A stretch of 64,000 bases of DNA from the NCBI RefSeq assembly GCF_009914755.1, contig NC_060941.1, one strand, 5' to 3'. Under the pieces are notes generated by a model. The model searched no databases. It saw nothing but the letters and a program-made list of their open reading frames with translations, and was not told where the DNA came from. Position numbers and translations under genes: made by a program. Origin of the DNA: the human T2T-CHM13v2.0 reference genome, Homo sapiens. Below are positions 15,122 to 28,309 of this stretch, in pieces; positions within the stretch are counted from its first letter, which is position 1; each line of letters starts with the position of its first letter.

Positions 15122-18100
15122 CTTTCTTTCTTTTTCTTCTTTTTTTTTCCCCCTCTTCACGTCCACTGTGGAGTTGTAACTGGAGACATATTTCCACCCA
15201 CAAAGCCTCCAGATGTTAAAACGTTTCCCAACGTCAACTTAATACAGTGATGGCAACACCTCCCTCCCGCCCCTCCCAGTAGGGTTGAGATTATACTGTA
15301 TTCCCTACTGGTTTACCCTTCCCCCCATGAAGGGTAGCATTTTCCCTGGGTGCAGAGGCTCCCTCATAGTCTCCAAGACTGAAGGACCCCTAATTTTGGG
15401 ACTGCAGCTTAAGTGTATTACATTAAACACCATAAAAAGCTACAAGATGCTCTTTTAAGGGAAGAGGAAACTGGTCAGAGAAATGCCTCCCATTTTCATT
15501 GCCAATTTGATTTTTAAATCCATGAAGGATCTTACAGAACATGTCTCTGAGATAATCTTTTGGGTTAATCCATGATGCAACAGCATCACAAAAAAATATA
15601 AAATCTTGGATTATGCCATGGGGATTCACACTGATCATGATGCAGATTCCACGGAATGCTGAATCCTTTTCTCATTGTCTCTTATGTTTCTCAGAGAGGT
15701 GCACCAGAGTCTCGTAAACTGCTGTAGCATGGGGACCACCTCTTGAGGACAAACATAACCAAGACAACCAATTGTTACTGCTGTATTCTTTAGCAACGTC
15801 TTTGGTGTGTTGGGTCTGTTAATGATTTCTACAAGCTGGTGCAACACCATAGGGATATAAGGCTGCATCTCTATACCCATTTGAATGGAGATTTCTCCAA
15901 TTGCTCATGTGTCATTGTTGCAGACTGAAATGAATTCTGGAGTTAGGTTGGTTCCCAATATTGGCATGAAATCAGCTACACAAGGCTTAACATGCTGAAA
16001 GCAAGCTTTTGTGAGGTCACTTAACAGGGCAAAAGAACTCTGTCGAACTTCCGGCATTTTATCCTGCATGCACTGATATGTTAGTGTTAGGATGTTACTT
16101 CGGGCTACCAGTTGTTCAATATTGCCTCCAAGTCCTTCAGCCAGGCCACTCAGTAAATCAAGAGCCACTATCATAAAATCTTTATCTGGAGCTTCATATT
16201 GATCTGGTTGAGCATTGCTTAGTATGGCTTGTGCAAGAGTCTTCTGTACTAGGTTTACCCAATGCTGATACATAGGTTCACAGTATGGAAGGAAGCCAGA
16301 CTGCAGCACCGTGGCAACTGAAAATGGACACTCAGGTAAAGGGAAAAGATCTTTATCTTCATCCTTTAACATGTTCCGTTTCTGGATCAGTAGAGGCATT
16401 AGCATTTGAATATATTCTGGTTTGTTTAAATGATGTCCTACTGAATCTGCTAATGTCCCTCTGGCATTGTAAAGAATGAGCAGGTTCTTATGCTGGTATT
16501 TACTAAATGCAAAGACCAGGGTATCAAGTATATAAGCAAGGTAAGCAACAAGTTCTGTACAAGCCTCCTCTTCTAGGGTAGCAAAGGCACTGCAGGCAGC
16601 TTCTGGTACTCTCTTGTTGCTATCCAGGATGCGTTTTAGCAACTCTGTCATTAATGACTTCAGGTACGTGTCTGGTGGCTGGCTGACTACCCAGTGTGCA
16701 TAGCGGCTAAGAGTCCAGCATGTTATGGAACGGACAAGAGCCTTTTTATCAGAGAAGCACTGAATAAGGTGAGGAATAAGCTCAGGCAAGCAAGGAATCA
16801 TGCCCTGCATGCAAACCTTCAGCAACTGTTCCTAAACCCAAGATGGCTAATTCTTTAACAACCCATTCATGATGAAAAAGTAATTCTTTCAAAAGGGGCA
16901 ATATATATGGCAGCAGTTCATCATGATGCACGTTTGCAAGAACATCTAGGGCAGCAACAGAACATTTCCTTAGATTCCAGTCAGAAATTGTATCATCATC
17001 ATCAATTTCATTATCATCATCATCTTCCTCTTCAATTCCATCTTCATCATGCTGCTGAGCCACTGTCCTTGATCGGTGAAAACGTGGCCATATATCCTGT
17101 TCACTATCAGGAATCATTTCGTCTTCTTCAACATCACCCTTAGGTAGGATAATATCTATATCTGAGTACTTCATGCCATTCACTAACACAGGAATCAACC
17201 TGGGAAGATGCCTTACGAATACATCTTTGCATACTTGCTGTTCAGCTAAAGTTAGCCAAAATTCACAGGCTTCTAAAGCCACATTTTCATCTTGATCTTG
17301 AGTCCTCTGTAGCATATACTCAACTATATTATGCATGTGAGGGAGCAGGCGATCCACTCAAACTTCGAACAACATCACAAGTGCTCGGCACACATTTTTC
17401 CATACCTCTGGCTCACCAGCCAATGCAAAGAGATTTCTCAATAAAAGAATCAATGTGCAACATCAGAGCTTGAGTCCTGATGATAAACTGATTGACACAT
17501 ACAACAGCGTGAGACCTTATTTTTGGACTACTGTGCTTGAAGAACTGTAAAAATTTGGGAATCCTGATGTTGAGAGGACAATCTAAAACATCACTATCTA
17601 AAATCTCAAAAGAATCTTCACAAATCTTCTGAAGGGTGCCAAATGCTCCCTCACAGGTGGTGTAATCGTCAGAATCCAACAGGCTACAGAGTTTTGGTAA
17701 GAGGTCAGGCCAATTCTGCAATTCTCTCTTGGAGGCTATAGCTGTGATCGAAATACCAACAGTGGCTCTAATCAGAAGAGAGGAGTCACCAATATTATTT
17801 AAACATTCACTTTTAATGAAGTTTGTTGCACCATTTGGGAAGTTCTGAAAGTGTGCTTTCACATTATTCTTCAAGATGAGACCACGCAATGATCTTGTGG
17901 GTTCATCTTCAGATTTTAATTTTGTAAGAACAAAAATCAAGTAGTTGCTAAAGTCTGGATATTGATTAAGTTGTTCCAGTTTCTAGAATTGTTGCACAGT
18001 TCTCTGGATGGTGGTGTCTGGGGACTGGGACTCCTTCAATAGCTGCAGGATTTGCTGAAGCCCTTGCTTATCAGATTTCCATTCGTACTCCACCTTGGTT

Positions 18101-18225
18101 TGCTGGAGTGCCCCAAAGGAAGTCTCGGACAGTGAAACCCAGTGGAACTGCTCCTGGCAGCCCAGCCGCCGACGTCTGCTGCTGCTGCCACCACGGCTAC
18201 AGAGCGCAAGGAGCCAACCAGACTG
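15122..18225 (-). pseudogene. TNPO1P: Processed transportin-1 pseudogene (CDS equivalent 18093-15423)
   Basis: Intronless. Consecutive ORFs 17413-17940, 16782-17357, 15905-16825, 15635-15880 and 15423-15638 tile TNPO1 ([17 protein letters not shown], acidic loop [14 protein letters not shown], terminal AFYGV). Start is GTG at 18093, TAG at 17985-17983, TGA at 15907-15905, several frameshifts. A-rich 3' end at 15122-15148; GC-rich 5'UTR to about 18225. Confidence 0.97.
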
Positions 18226-20490
18226 AGTCCGATTTGATGTGTATCCTTGTTTGATGCCCAGGTTGGAAGCATGTCACAATGAGTCAACTAAGCAATAACT
18301 AGAATATTATTGATTCCAGAAAGCTTTCTCTTATTTTAACTCTGTATTTCAGAACTTCAAGGTCTACGAATAGTTACCCACCTATAAAATGAATTCAATT
18401 TAACTAAATCCTAGTATTGTGAAGAATTAGTTTTTCGCCATTTCTGTTTACTCTTATACTAACTGAAAGACTGTCTCACCACAATGCTTGATGTAAATGG
18501 TCTGATTGGTTAGTGACAACCTCATTAATTATTGCAGCTTGCAAAGGGATTCATTTTTAAATTTTTACTTATTAATTATATACGTGCTTATTTGTTTTCT
18601 CATTTACTTGCTTTCTTATTTATTTGGTTATTATTTACTTACTTTCCTGTTGTTTTAAAAGAGGATTCTAATTAGATATTATCTAAGTGATTTTGCCAAG
18701 TTCTTACATTTTGTTGGTTTAAATTGCTTTAAGATATATGCTTGAAATCATGTTTATTCTTGAAATGTGTGCCATTTGCAGTGTGTGTGTGAAGGGAAAT
18801 GAGTTATTTTTTAAAGGGAAATGAGTTATTTTTTAAAAAGAGAATTATTTAGATATGGTTTTAGTGATTCCTCAGCATGATAACTGCTGATGAAATGTAG
18901 CTTATTGTTTTCAGCTAGTTTACATTGGTCTTGAGACAAACAGAATTTTGTTTCTTAATTACAGGCTCTAGATGAGTTTATAGAACACCTCAGGGCTGTT
19001 ATCAAGTACTTAACATACGAAGGATAACTCCATTTGATTATATATTTCATACCCCAAAGGAAAATAAGTTTAAATTTAATTTTAACTAGATGATGCCGTC
19101 GGTATGGAGTCACTCTGTCGTTGTGTCCACACTGGCCAGGAGGCGTTTTAATGAATGGTGTTTGTTTATTCAGTCTTAGCCAAATGAGCAAGGACCTGGA
19201 GACTGGGCAATTTGAGAAGATGTTTAGGAACCACTGGCTTTTCGCTGTTGACGCCACTATGTAAACTAAGGCTGACAGTGGGTAGGGAATGTGTGTGGAA
19301 TTCCTGTGTGATTCACTGTAACTGTGGTGTGCTGAATGCGTGCTTAAGCTAGTGTCAGCATCGTCTTCCTGTAAGTTAAAGATCCCTTCTGTGAGCAGGA
19401 CTCCTGAGGACTCAGGAATGTTGTATTTTGAAATCTGCTTTAGAGGATATTTTAAGACTTTTAATAAAAGAAAGATGACTAATGTATAAGGGGACTTAAG
19501 GGGAAGAAACACCCTTTCCTCTATAGGGTAGCATATTTGGGATTATAATTTTTGTTTTCTTTAGGTTGGTTTCATTTTCAAGTGAATCCAGAAAACACTG
19601 TTTTCTTTGACAATATTGCTATAAAATTACCATAATATGAGGATATGTTGTCAGTCTCAAATATATAAAATGACCAATTTCAGTGAGCATTTATCCTTTT
19701 AAGAAAACCTACTCTATTAAAATCCAATTTTGTGCAAAAAGTGGGAAATAAATAGAGACGTAAGTGTTTGCTTTATGAGACTATTTGATTCATGTAAATA
19801 GAAAATAGTTTTATTACATGTAAAATATGATTTAAATTGGTCAAAATGTCATTTCCAGAAAGCATACCTTTTAAGCCAGCACTCATTACATAGAACAAGG
19901 ATTCTATCTGTGTGCCACAAACCACTTCAAATAATTTTCTTTATATGTAATGACATATAAAGAAATATATGTAATGACATGTTCCTTAGAGTCCATCTCA
20001 ACTCCAATTCCTCAGGAACATTGTCTTTGAGTACAAATTATAATGAGTTTATTTTCTAACTAAAGTATAGTAGTTAGACTAGTTTATTAGCTAGTTTGGT
20101 TCTGACCTCTGTGGTTGAGAACAGATACAAGACAAATGCTATTATATCTTCAGATCTTATAGAAAGCAGATAGTGGAAATGATGAAGTGTACCTGGCTGG
20201 CTTTCTGACGATTTGTGTGAAATGCTTGGCTTTGTAATTTTACATTTCTTTCTAGTCTGATGCCTTGAGTTTATTTAGATAGAAATGTATTTCTACATGG
20301 TTATCTGATTTTTAAAATGCTGCTTCACAGTTGTATACTACTTAAGGTATGTAGCTTTATATTTAATCTAAGTTGGAATTGGGTTTTTGTTATTGTCATT
20401 TGGTACATTGGTCAACACTTAATAAATGTTTAACTTTTTGTTTTGAGTTAATTATAGATTTGCATGCAGTTGTAAGAAATAATACAGAGA

Positions 20491-20655
20491 GGCCGGGTGT
20501 GGTGGCTTATGCCTGTGATTCCAGTTACCTGGGAGGCTGAGGCGGGAGGATCCCTTGAAGCCCAGGAGTTCAAAGATGTAGTGAGCTGTGATGGTGCCAC
20601 TGCACTCCAGCCTGGGTGACAGTGAGACCCCATCTCTACAAAGAAAAACAAAAAG
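20491..20655 (+). mobile_element. Alu monomer (FRAM/FAM-like)
   Basis: Monomer flanked by TSD AAGAAATAATACA. Confidence 0.8.
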
Positions 20656-20680
20656 AAATAATACAAAGAAATCTCACGTA

Positions 20681-22065
<1,385 letters not shown>

Positions 22066-22302
22066 CCTCTCTAGGCCCCAGTTGTTTCTAAGTGAAGAGA
22101 GTTTTAGAATCCATCTCATATATTTGTTGCTAGGATGAAGTTAAAACAAGTAGGATATTTAGGATAGGACGTGGCTCATAACAAGCTCTCCATGAATATT
22201 AGCTATCGTTATTCTTAACAAAATTACCAGATTAATAGATTGTCTGCTCTGCTCCTTTGCACTAAATTTAGTAGTTTATTTCATTTATTTTATCTTCATT
22301 AA

Positions 22303-22725
<423 letters not shown>

Positions 22726-22856
22726 TAAATAAGTTTCAGTCTTACTGATGTGTGTTAAACTGTTCCCCCATTTATACTTCAGTTGGTTTATGGTTTTTAA
22801 TAATGTAGATACACATGTAAGGAATATTTATATGTTCACTTTTAAAACGTTGTGAT

Positions 22857-23480
22857 AGGCCAGGCGCAGTGGCTCATGCCTATAATCCTAGCACTTTGGG
22901 AGACTGAGGCGGGCGCATTGCCTGAGCTAAGGAGTTCAAGACCAGCCTGGGCAACACAGTGAAACCCCGTCTCTACTAAAATATAAAAAAAATTAGCCAA
23001 GCGTGGCGGCGTGCACATGTAGTCCAGCTACTCGGGAGGCTGAGGCAAAAGAATTGCTTGAACCCAGGAGGCGGGAGGTTGCAGTGAGCCAAGATCGCAC
23101 CACCGCACTTCAGCCGGGGAAACAGAGTGAGACTCCGTCTTTTTTTTTTTTTTTTTTTTTTTGAGACGGAGTCTTGCTCTGTGGCCCCGGCTGGAGTGCA
23201 GTGGCATGATCTCGGCTCACTGCAAGCTCCGCCTCTCTAGTTCACGCCATTCTCCTGCCTCAGCCTCCTGAGTAGCTGGGACTACAGGCGCCCGCCACCA
23301 CACCCGGCTAATTTTTTGTATTTTTAGTAGAGACGGGGTTTCACCGTGTTAGCCAGGATGGTCTCGATCTCCTGACCTCGTGATCCACCCGCCTCGCCTC
23401 CCAAAGTGCTGGGATTACAGGCGTGAGCCACCGCACCCGGCCAACTCCGTCTCTTAAAAAAAAAAACAACAACAAAAAAC
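22857..23480 (+). mobile_element. Alu with an antisense AluY (23140-23442) inserted just before its tail
   Basis: TSD ACTCCGTCT at 23132-23140 and 23444-23452; host tail resumes near 23456. Confidence 0.93.
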
Positions 23481-23488
23481 TGTGATAA

Positions 23489-24166
<678 letters not shown>

Positions 24167-24801
24167 TCAGCATTGTAAATGAATAGAGATGAGTGGCAGT
24201 AGTTACTTTGGTCCATAGATTTTTGGTATCTTAACTAGTTTTGGATCTCTTCCACTAAAGGGATTGCCTGTTGCACGTTGTTAGGAATGTAAATACTGAA
24301 GGCAAACTGCCTGGGTTTGAATTTTGTTCTGTCCCTTGCACCCTGCCTGGGTTCAAATCCTAGCTCTGCTTATGAAGTTCTTTTAAGGTGATGATCTTTG
24401 AGCAAATGTCTTAGCTTCTGCTTTCCCAAGTAAATGGACACAATAGTTGCTACCTTGTGAAAGATTCATGTAATTGACCAGTGTTTACCAAGTAGCATCA
24501 GTGTTTAGTTTTAGTCATTGGTGATTCTGCAGTTGGATTGTGAGGTGGTGCTGGGGTGGGGGGTGGTGTGTGTGTAGCACTTAATTGCATGCGGAAAGGA
24601 AAAGATACTTTTTATAACCGAGAGGCAGCTTTTCTCTGCTTTTGTGTCAAAAGGGAAGAAGGGAGTTTGGAGAGGGAAACCAATTCTCTTTAATACTAAG
24701 CTCTCTTCTTCAAAATCAGAGGTAGATAGAATGTGTAATAATTTACAGAATTTCTAGACTTCAACAATCTGATTTTTTTAAATGTATTTTTATTTTTTCA
24801 G

Positions 24802-24908
24802 GTTGAGACTGAGCTACAGTTAATCTGTGGCGACGTGCTGGATGCACTGGACAAACACCTCATTCCAGTAGCTGACACTGGCAAGTCCAAGGTTTTCTAT
24901 TAGGAAAT
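24802..24908 (+). pseudogene. YWHAEP: Unprocessed YWHAE (14-3-3 epsilon) exon 3 copy A, with nonsense codon
   Basis: tttttcag|[34 protein letters not shown]|gtaggt; 107 nt; TAG at 24901-24903. Confidence 0.95.
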
Positions 24909-25432
24909 GTAGGTTCTATACTAGAAAGGAAAATGTAAGATTAAAAGTTGGCCTTTTTAGAATCATGACTTTCTTCTATGTAGGTTTCCAACTTTTATTT
25001 AAAAATAATTGTTTAATGTTAGAAGGATAGTCAATGTTGGGATAAAAAGATGGTCAGGCTATTATAAAAAATGCATTAGCTTTTGCTTTACCTATTTATA
25101 TTCTTTTGCTTTCATGGGACCTATCTCATTCCCCTCCCCTAAACGGCCACACATTTCACAGTGCTGGCTGAAAGTTTCATGTAGAAATTTTATTTTATGA
25201 TTAATACACTTGTGCCATTTCTTGGAACCACTTGCTTGTTTAATTCTAGTCTATCAAGTGATAATTTTCTTGATATTTAGAGGCTCCTCAGTTAATTTCT
25301 GTGGGATTTTTCGTTATATTTAATAAGGAAAATAATAGGAAATAGCTAAGAAAAAAAGAAACAAAGCCAATTATTCCTGAGCGTGTTTAAAATTATTGAA
25401 GTACACTTGTTAATTTTTAGTATAGAACCTAC

Positions 25433-25539
25433 ATTTCATAATAGAAAACCTTGGACTTGCCAGTGTTAGCTGCTGGAATAAGGTGTTTGTCCAGTACATT
25501 CAGAATGTCGCCACAGATTAACTTTAGCTCAGTCTCAAC
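25433..25539 (-). pseudogene. YWHAEP: Unprocessed YWHAE exon 3 copy B, open frame, intact splice sites
   Basis: Minus strand: tttttcag|[37 protein letters not shown]|gtaggt; 107 nt. Confidence 0.95.
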
Positions 25540-27725
25540 CTGAAAAAATAAAAATGAATTTTAAAAAATTCAGATTGTTGAAGTCTAGAAATTCTGTAAG
25601 TTATTACACATTCTATGTACCTCTGATTTTGAGGAAGAGAGCTTAGTATTGAACAGAATTAGTTTCCCTCTCCAAACTCCATTCCTCCCTTTTGACACAA
25701 AAGCAGAGAAAAGCTGCCTCTGGGTCATCAAAAGTATCTTTTCCTTTCCGCGTGCAATTAAGTGCTACACACACACACCACCCCCACCCCAACACCCCAT
25801 CACAGTCCAACTGCAGAATCACCAATGACTGAAACTGAACACTGATGCTACTTGGTAAACACTGGTCAATTACATGAATCTTTCACAAGGTAGCAACTAT
25901 TGTGTCCATTTACTTGGGAAAACAGAAGCTAAGACATTTGCTCAAAGATCATCACCTTAAAAGAACTTAATAAGCAGAGCTAGGATTTGAACCCAGGCAG
26001 GGTGCAAGGGACAGAACAAAATTCAAACCCAGGCAGTTTGCATTCAGTACTTATATTCCCCAAATGCAGGCCCTCCATTTGGGGAGTGGATGGAGTAGGA
26101 GAGAAGGGCTGCAAGGACCCAGATAGGCAGACAGAGGGACAGAGAGGGAACCAAAGACCCTACTTGCAAGGTGTCCCCAGAGGCAAAGGTATCGTCCACG
26201 GGGGACATGGGGACCTGGAGGCTGCACAAGGACAGCTTTGCTCTGGTCGTGGGAGCCCTCTTGCTTCCCACACCTTCAACTTACTCCCCATTGCTGTCTG
26301 TCATTGATCCCCAGGTGGGGCAAGTGAGGGACCTGAGTCAGCATGTGGCTGGCTGCTGGGAGAGGGAGCACCCGCTGAGACACGGCTCCTCCCCTGGAGC
26401 CTCCATGCGCCATCTAGGCAGGTGTGCACTGCCCACTGGTGCAGGGCTGTGGGTACCTGCACCTGTCTGTCAACACTGATTCTTTCTCATACAACAGGCA
26501 CTTGCCACCACTCTGCCCAGCCAGACCCTATCAGACCATAGTGAGGGGATGGAGTGGGCCCGCATAGGTGCCTCCACCTGAGTCTAGGCACCCCAGGCTT
26601 GTGTCTGCTGGGACACACCTAGCAGGGAGGCTGAGAGCACCGGCTTCGGAGCCAGGCAGGTCATAGTGTAAAGCCGGATTCTTCCACTTATTTGGGGAAA
26701 GTTGCTTCCCCTCTCTGAACCTGTTTCCTCACTGTAAATTCAGATTCATCCTTTATTGAGCACCTACTATGTGCCAGGCATTGGGTTGAGTGCTGGCGAT
26801 AAAGTAATGAGCAAGCCCTTATCTTGATGAACAGTTACGGAATAAAATAGACCTGCAGAAATAAACACGCAATTCACAACTGAGGTGAGCATGGTTGGTG
26901 GGGGAATGGAGAGCACATAATAAAGGGTGTGGCATGGTTGGGGGCATCAGTGACCTTCTCCCTGAGAAAGAGACACTTGAGTGAAGGGGGAGAAGTGAGC
27001 CAGGAGAAGGAAAAAGGGGAGGGGCATACAGCATGTGCAAATGTCCTGAGGTGGAAACAAGCAAAGTGACTGCCAGGGCAGGAGTCCTGTGTGGCTAAAG
27101 GGCAGTGGGTTAAGTCAAGCAAAGGATTTTCGGTGGGAGCAGGGAGGAGGGGGCTGGAGCCAGGGCACAAGCCTGCCAGGCTCCCTTTGTGCAGGGCACG
27201 TCAAGGGGCCACACTGATTGTCTCTGCAGGCTCTCCATGCCTGCCTGGCTGTGGGGAGGGACCAGACTGTACTAAGGCTTATGGGCGGCGGCAGCCACAG
27301 CCCAGACTAGTGAGCTAATGAGCGGTTTGGATGTCTTGCCTGCTCCCGTTAGAGCCTCGCTCCTCCCCTGTGCTGGAAGGTAGGACACAAGGGCCCCAGC
27401 CTTGGCTCTGCCATTAATTTGCTATGTGACCTGCAGCTGGTCACAGCACCTCTCAAAGCTTCAAGTGCTTCCTCTGTAAAATGTAAGGACAGGACTCACT
27501 GATCTCACTTGATCTGAGGATTTGACATCAGAAGGGGATGAGCAGGCTGGGGAAGAGAGAGCATCCTCTCACTGATCAGCTCTTAGGGCATCCAAGACCT
27601 CGAAAGAAGGGATCTGGGGTGGGCTCTGTCCTATAGAGAAATCTTAAGGTGTCAGTGTCCTGGGGCATCTATTGTTCCCAGAAGGAGCTAGCTGGAATGG
27701 CACCTTCTGCTGCCCATTCACCCAC

Positions 27726-28247
27726 CTTGTTCCTCAGATCCTCGATGGTCTTGAAGTAGGGACTGTAGTCTTTGATCTCAGCAGGCCGCTGCCACTGGTA
27801 CCAGTCATGGATCTTCACCTCCAGGTCAGCGTTGGCCTCCTCCAGGGCACGCGCCTTGTCCAGGTAGGAGACCAGGCTGTCGTTGAGGTTCTGCATGGTC
27901 ACCTTCTCACTGCCCACCAGAAGCCCATCACCACCAGCAAAGCCACCACCCAAGCCACCACCGAAGCCAGCACCAAGGCCATCACCATATCCTCCCCCAA
28001 AGCCACTACTGAAGCTGCTGCTGCTGCTGAAGCTACTGCCATAGCCGCCCCCCAGCCTGTAGGCTCCCCCAGAGGAGAAGCAGGAGGAGGAGACAGACAG
28101 GCCACCCCTGTAGGTGCTGGTGGCGCGGCAGGACCCTCCGGCCAGGACGGAGGAGATGCGGCTGGAGCCGCCCCCGATGCCGCCCCCGATGCCGCAGGAG
28201 CCCTTCATGGAGCTGGAGGAGGTGAACTGGCGGCTGCAGGTGCTCAT
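27726..28247 (-). pseudogene. KRT14-derived truncated pseudogene: exon 1 only (174 open codons)
   Basis: [22 protein letters not shown]...[21 protein letters not shown]|gtgggt. RPAEIKDY and GGAY are K14-type rather than K16-type. No keratin exon 2 is recognisable downstream. Confidence 0.9.
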
Positions 28248-28309
28248 GGTGCTGAGGAGGGAGGTGAGTGAGCGAGCAGTTGGCTGAGTGAAGAGAAGGT
28301 GCTCAGGTA

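Larger units (their letters stand above)
24284..26059. repeat. Inverted repeat: arms 24284-24927 and 25414-26059, spacer 24928-25413
   Basis: Right arm is the reverse complement of the left throughout, e.g. ggcaaactgcctgggtttgaattttgttctgtcccttgcaccc versus gggtgcaagggacagaacaaaattcaaacccaggcagtttgc. About 90% identical by eye. Confidence 0.95.

Noticed and set aside
15905-16825. 306-aa transportin-like ORF as a functional gene
   Set aside because: Fragment of a retrocopy bounded by a frameshift and a TGG>TGA stop, with further lesions upstream.
18792-18835. 22-bp tandem duplication AAGGGAAATGAGTTATTTTTTA
   Set aside because: Ordinary slippage duplication; two units with no spacer, so not an array.
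18955-19512. 185-aa minus-strand ORF in AT-rich DNA
   Set aside because: No family resemblance, non-ATG start, and antisense to the more plausible + strand exon/UTR relic.
27672-28271. Plus-strand ORFs over keratin exons (also 36603-37596 and 51153-51965)
   Set aside because: Antisense shadows of keratin codon usage.
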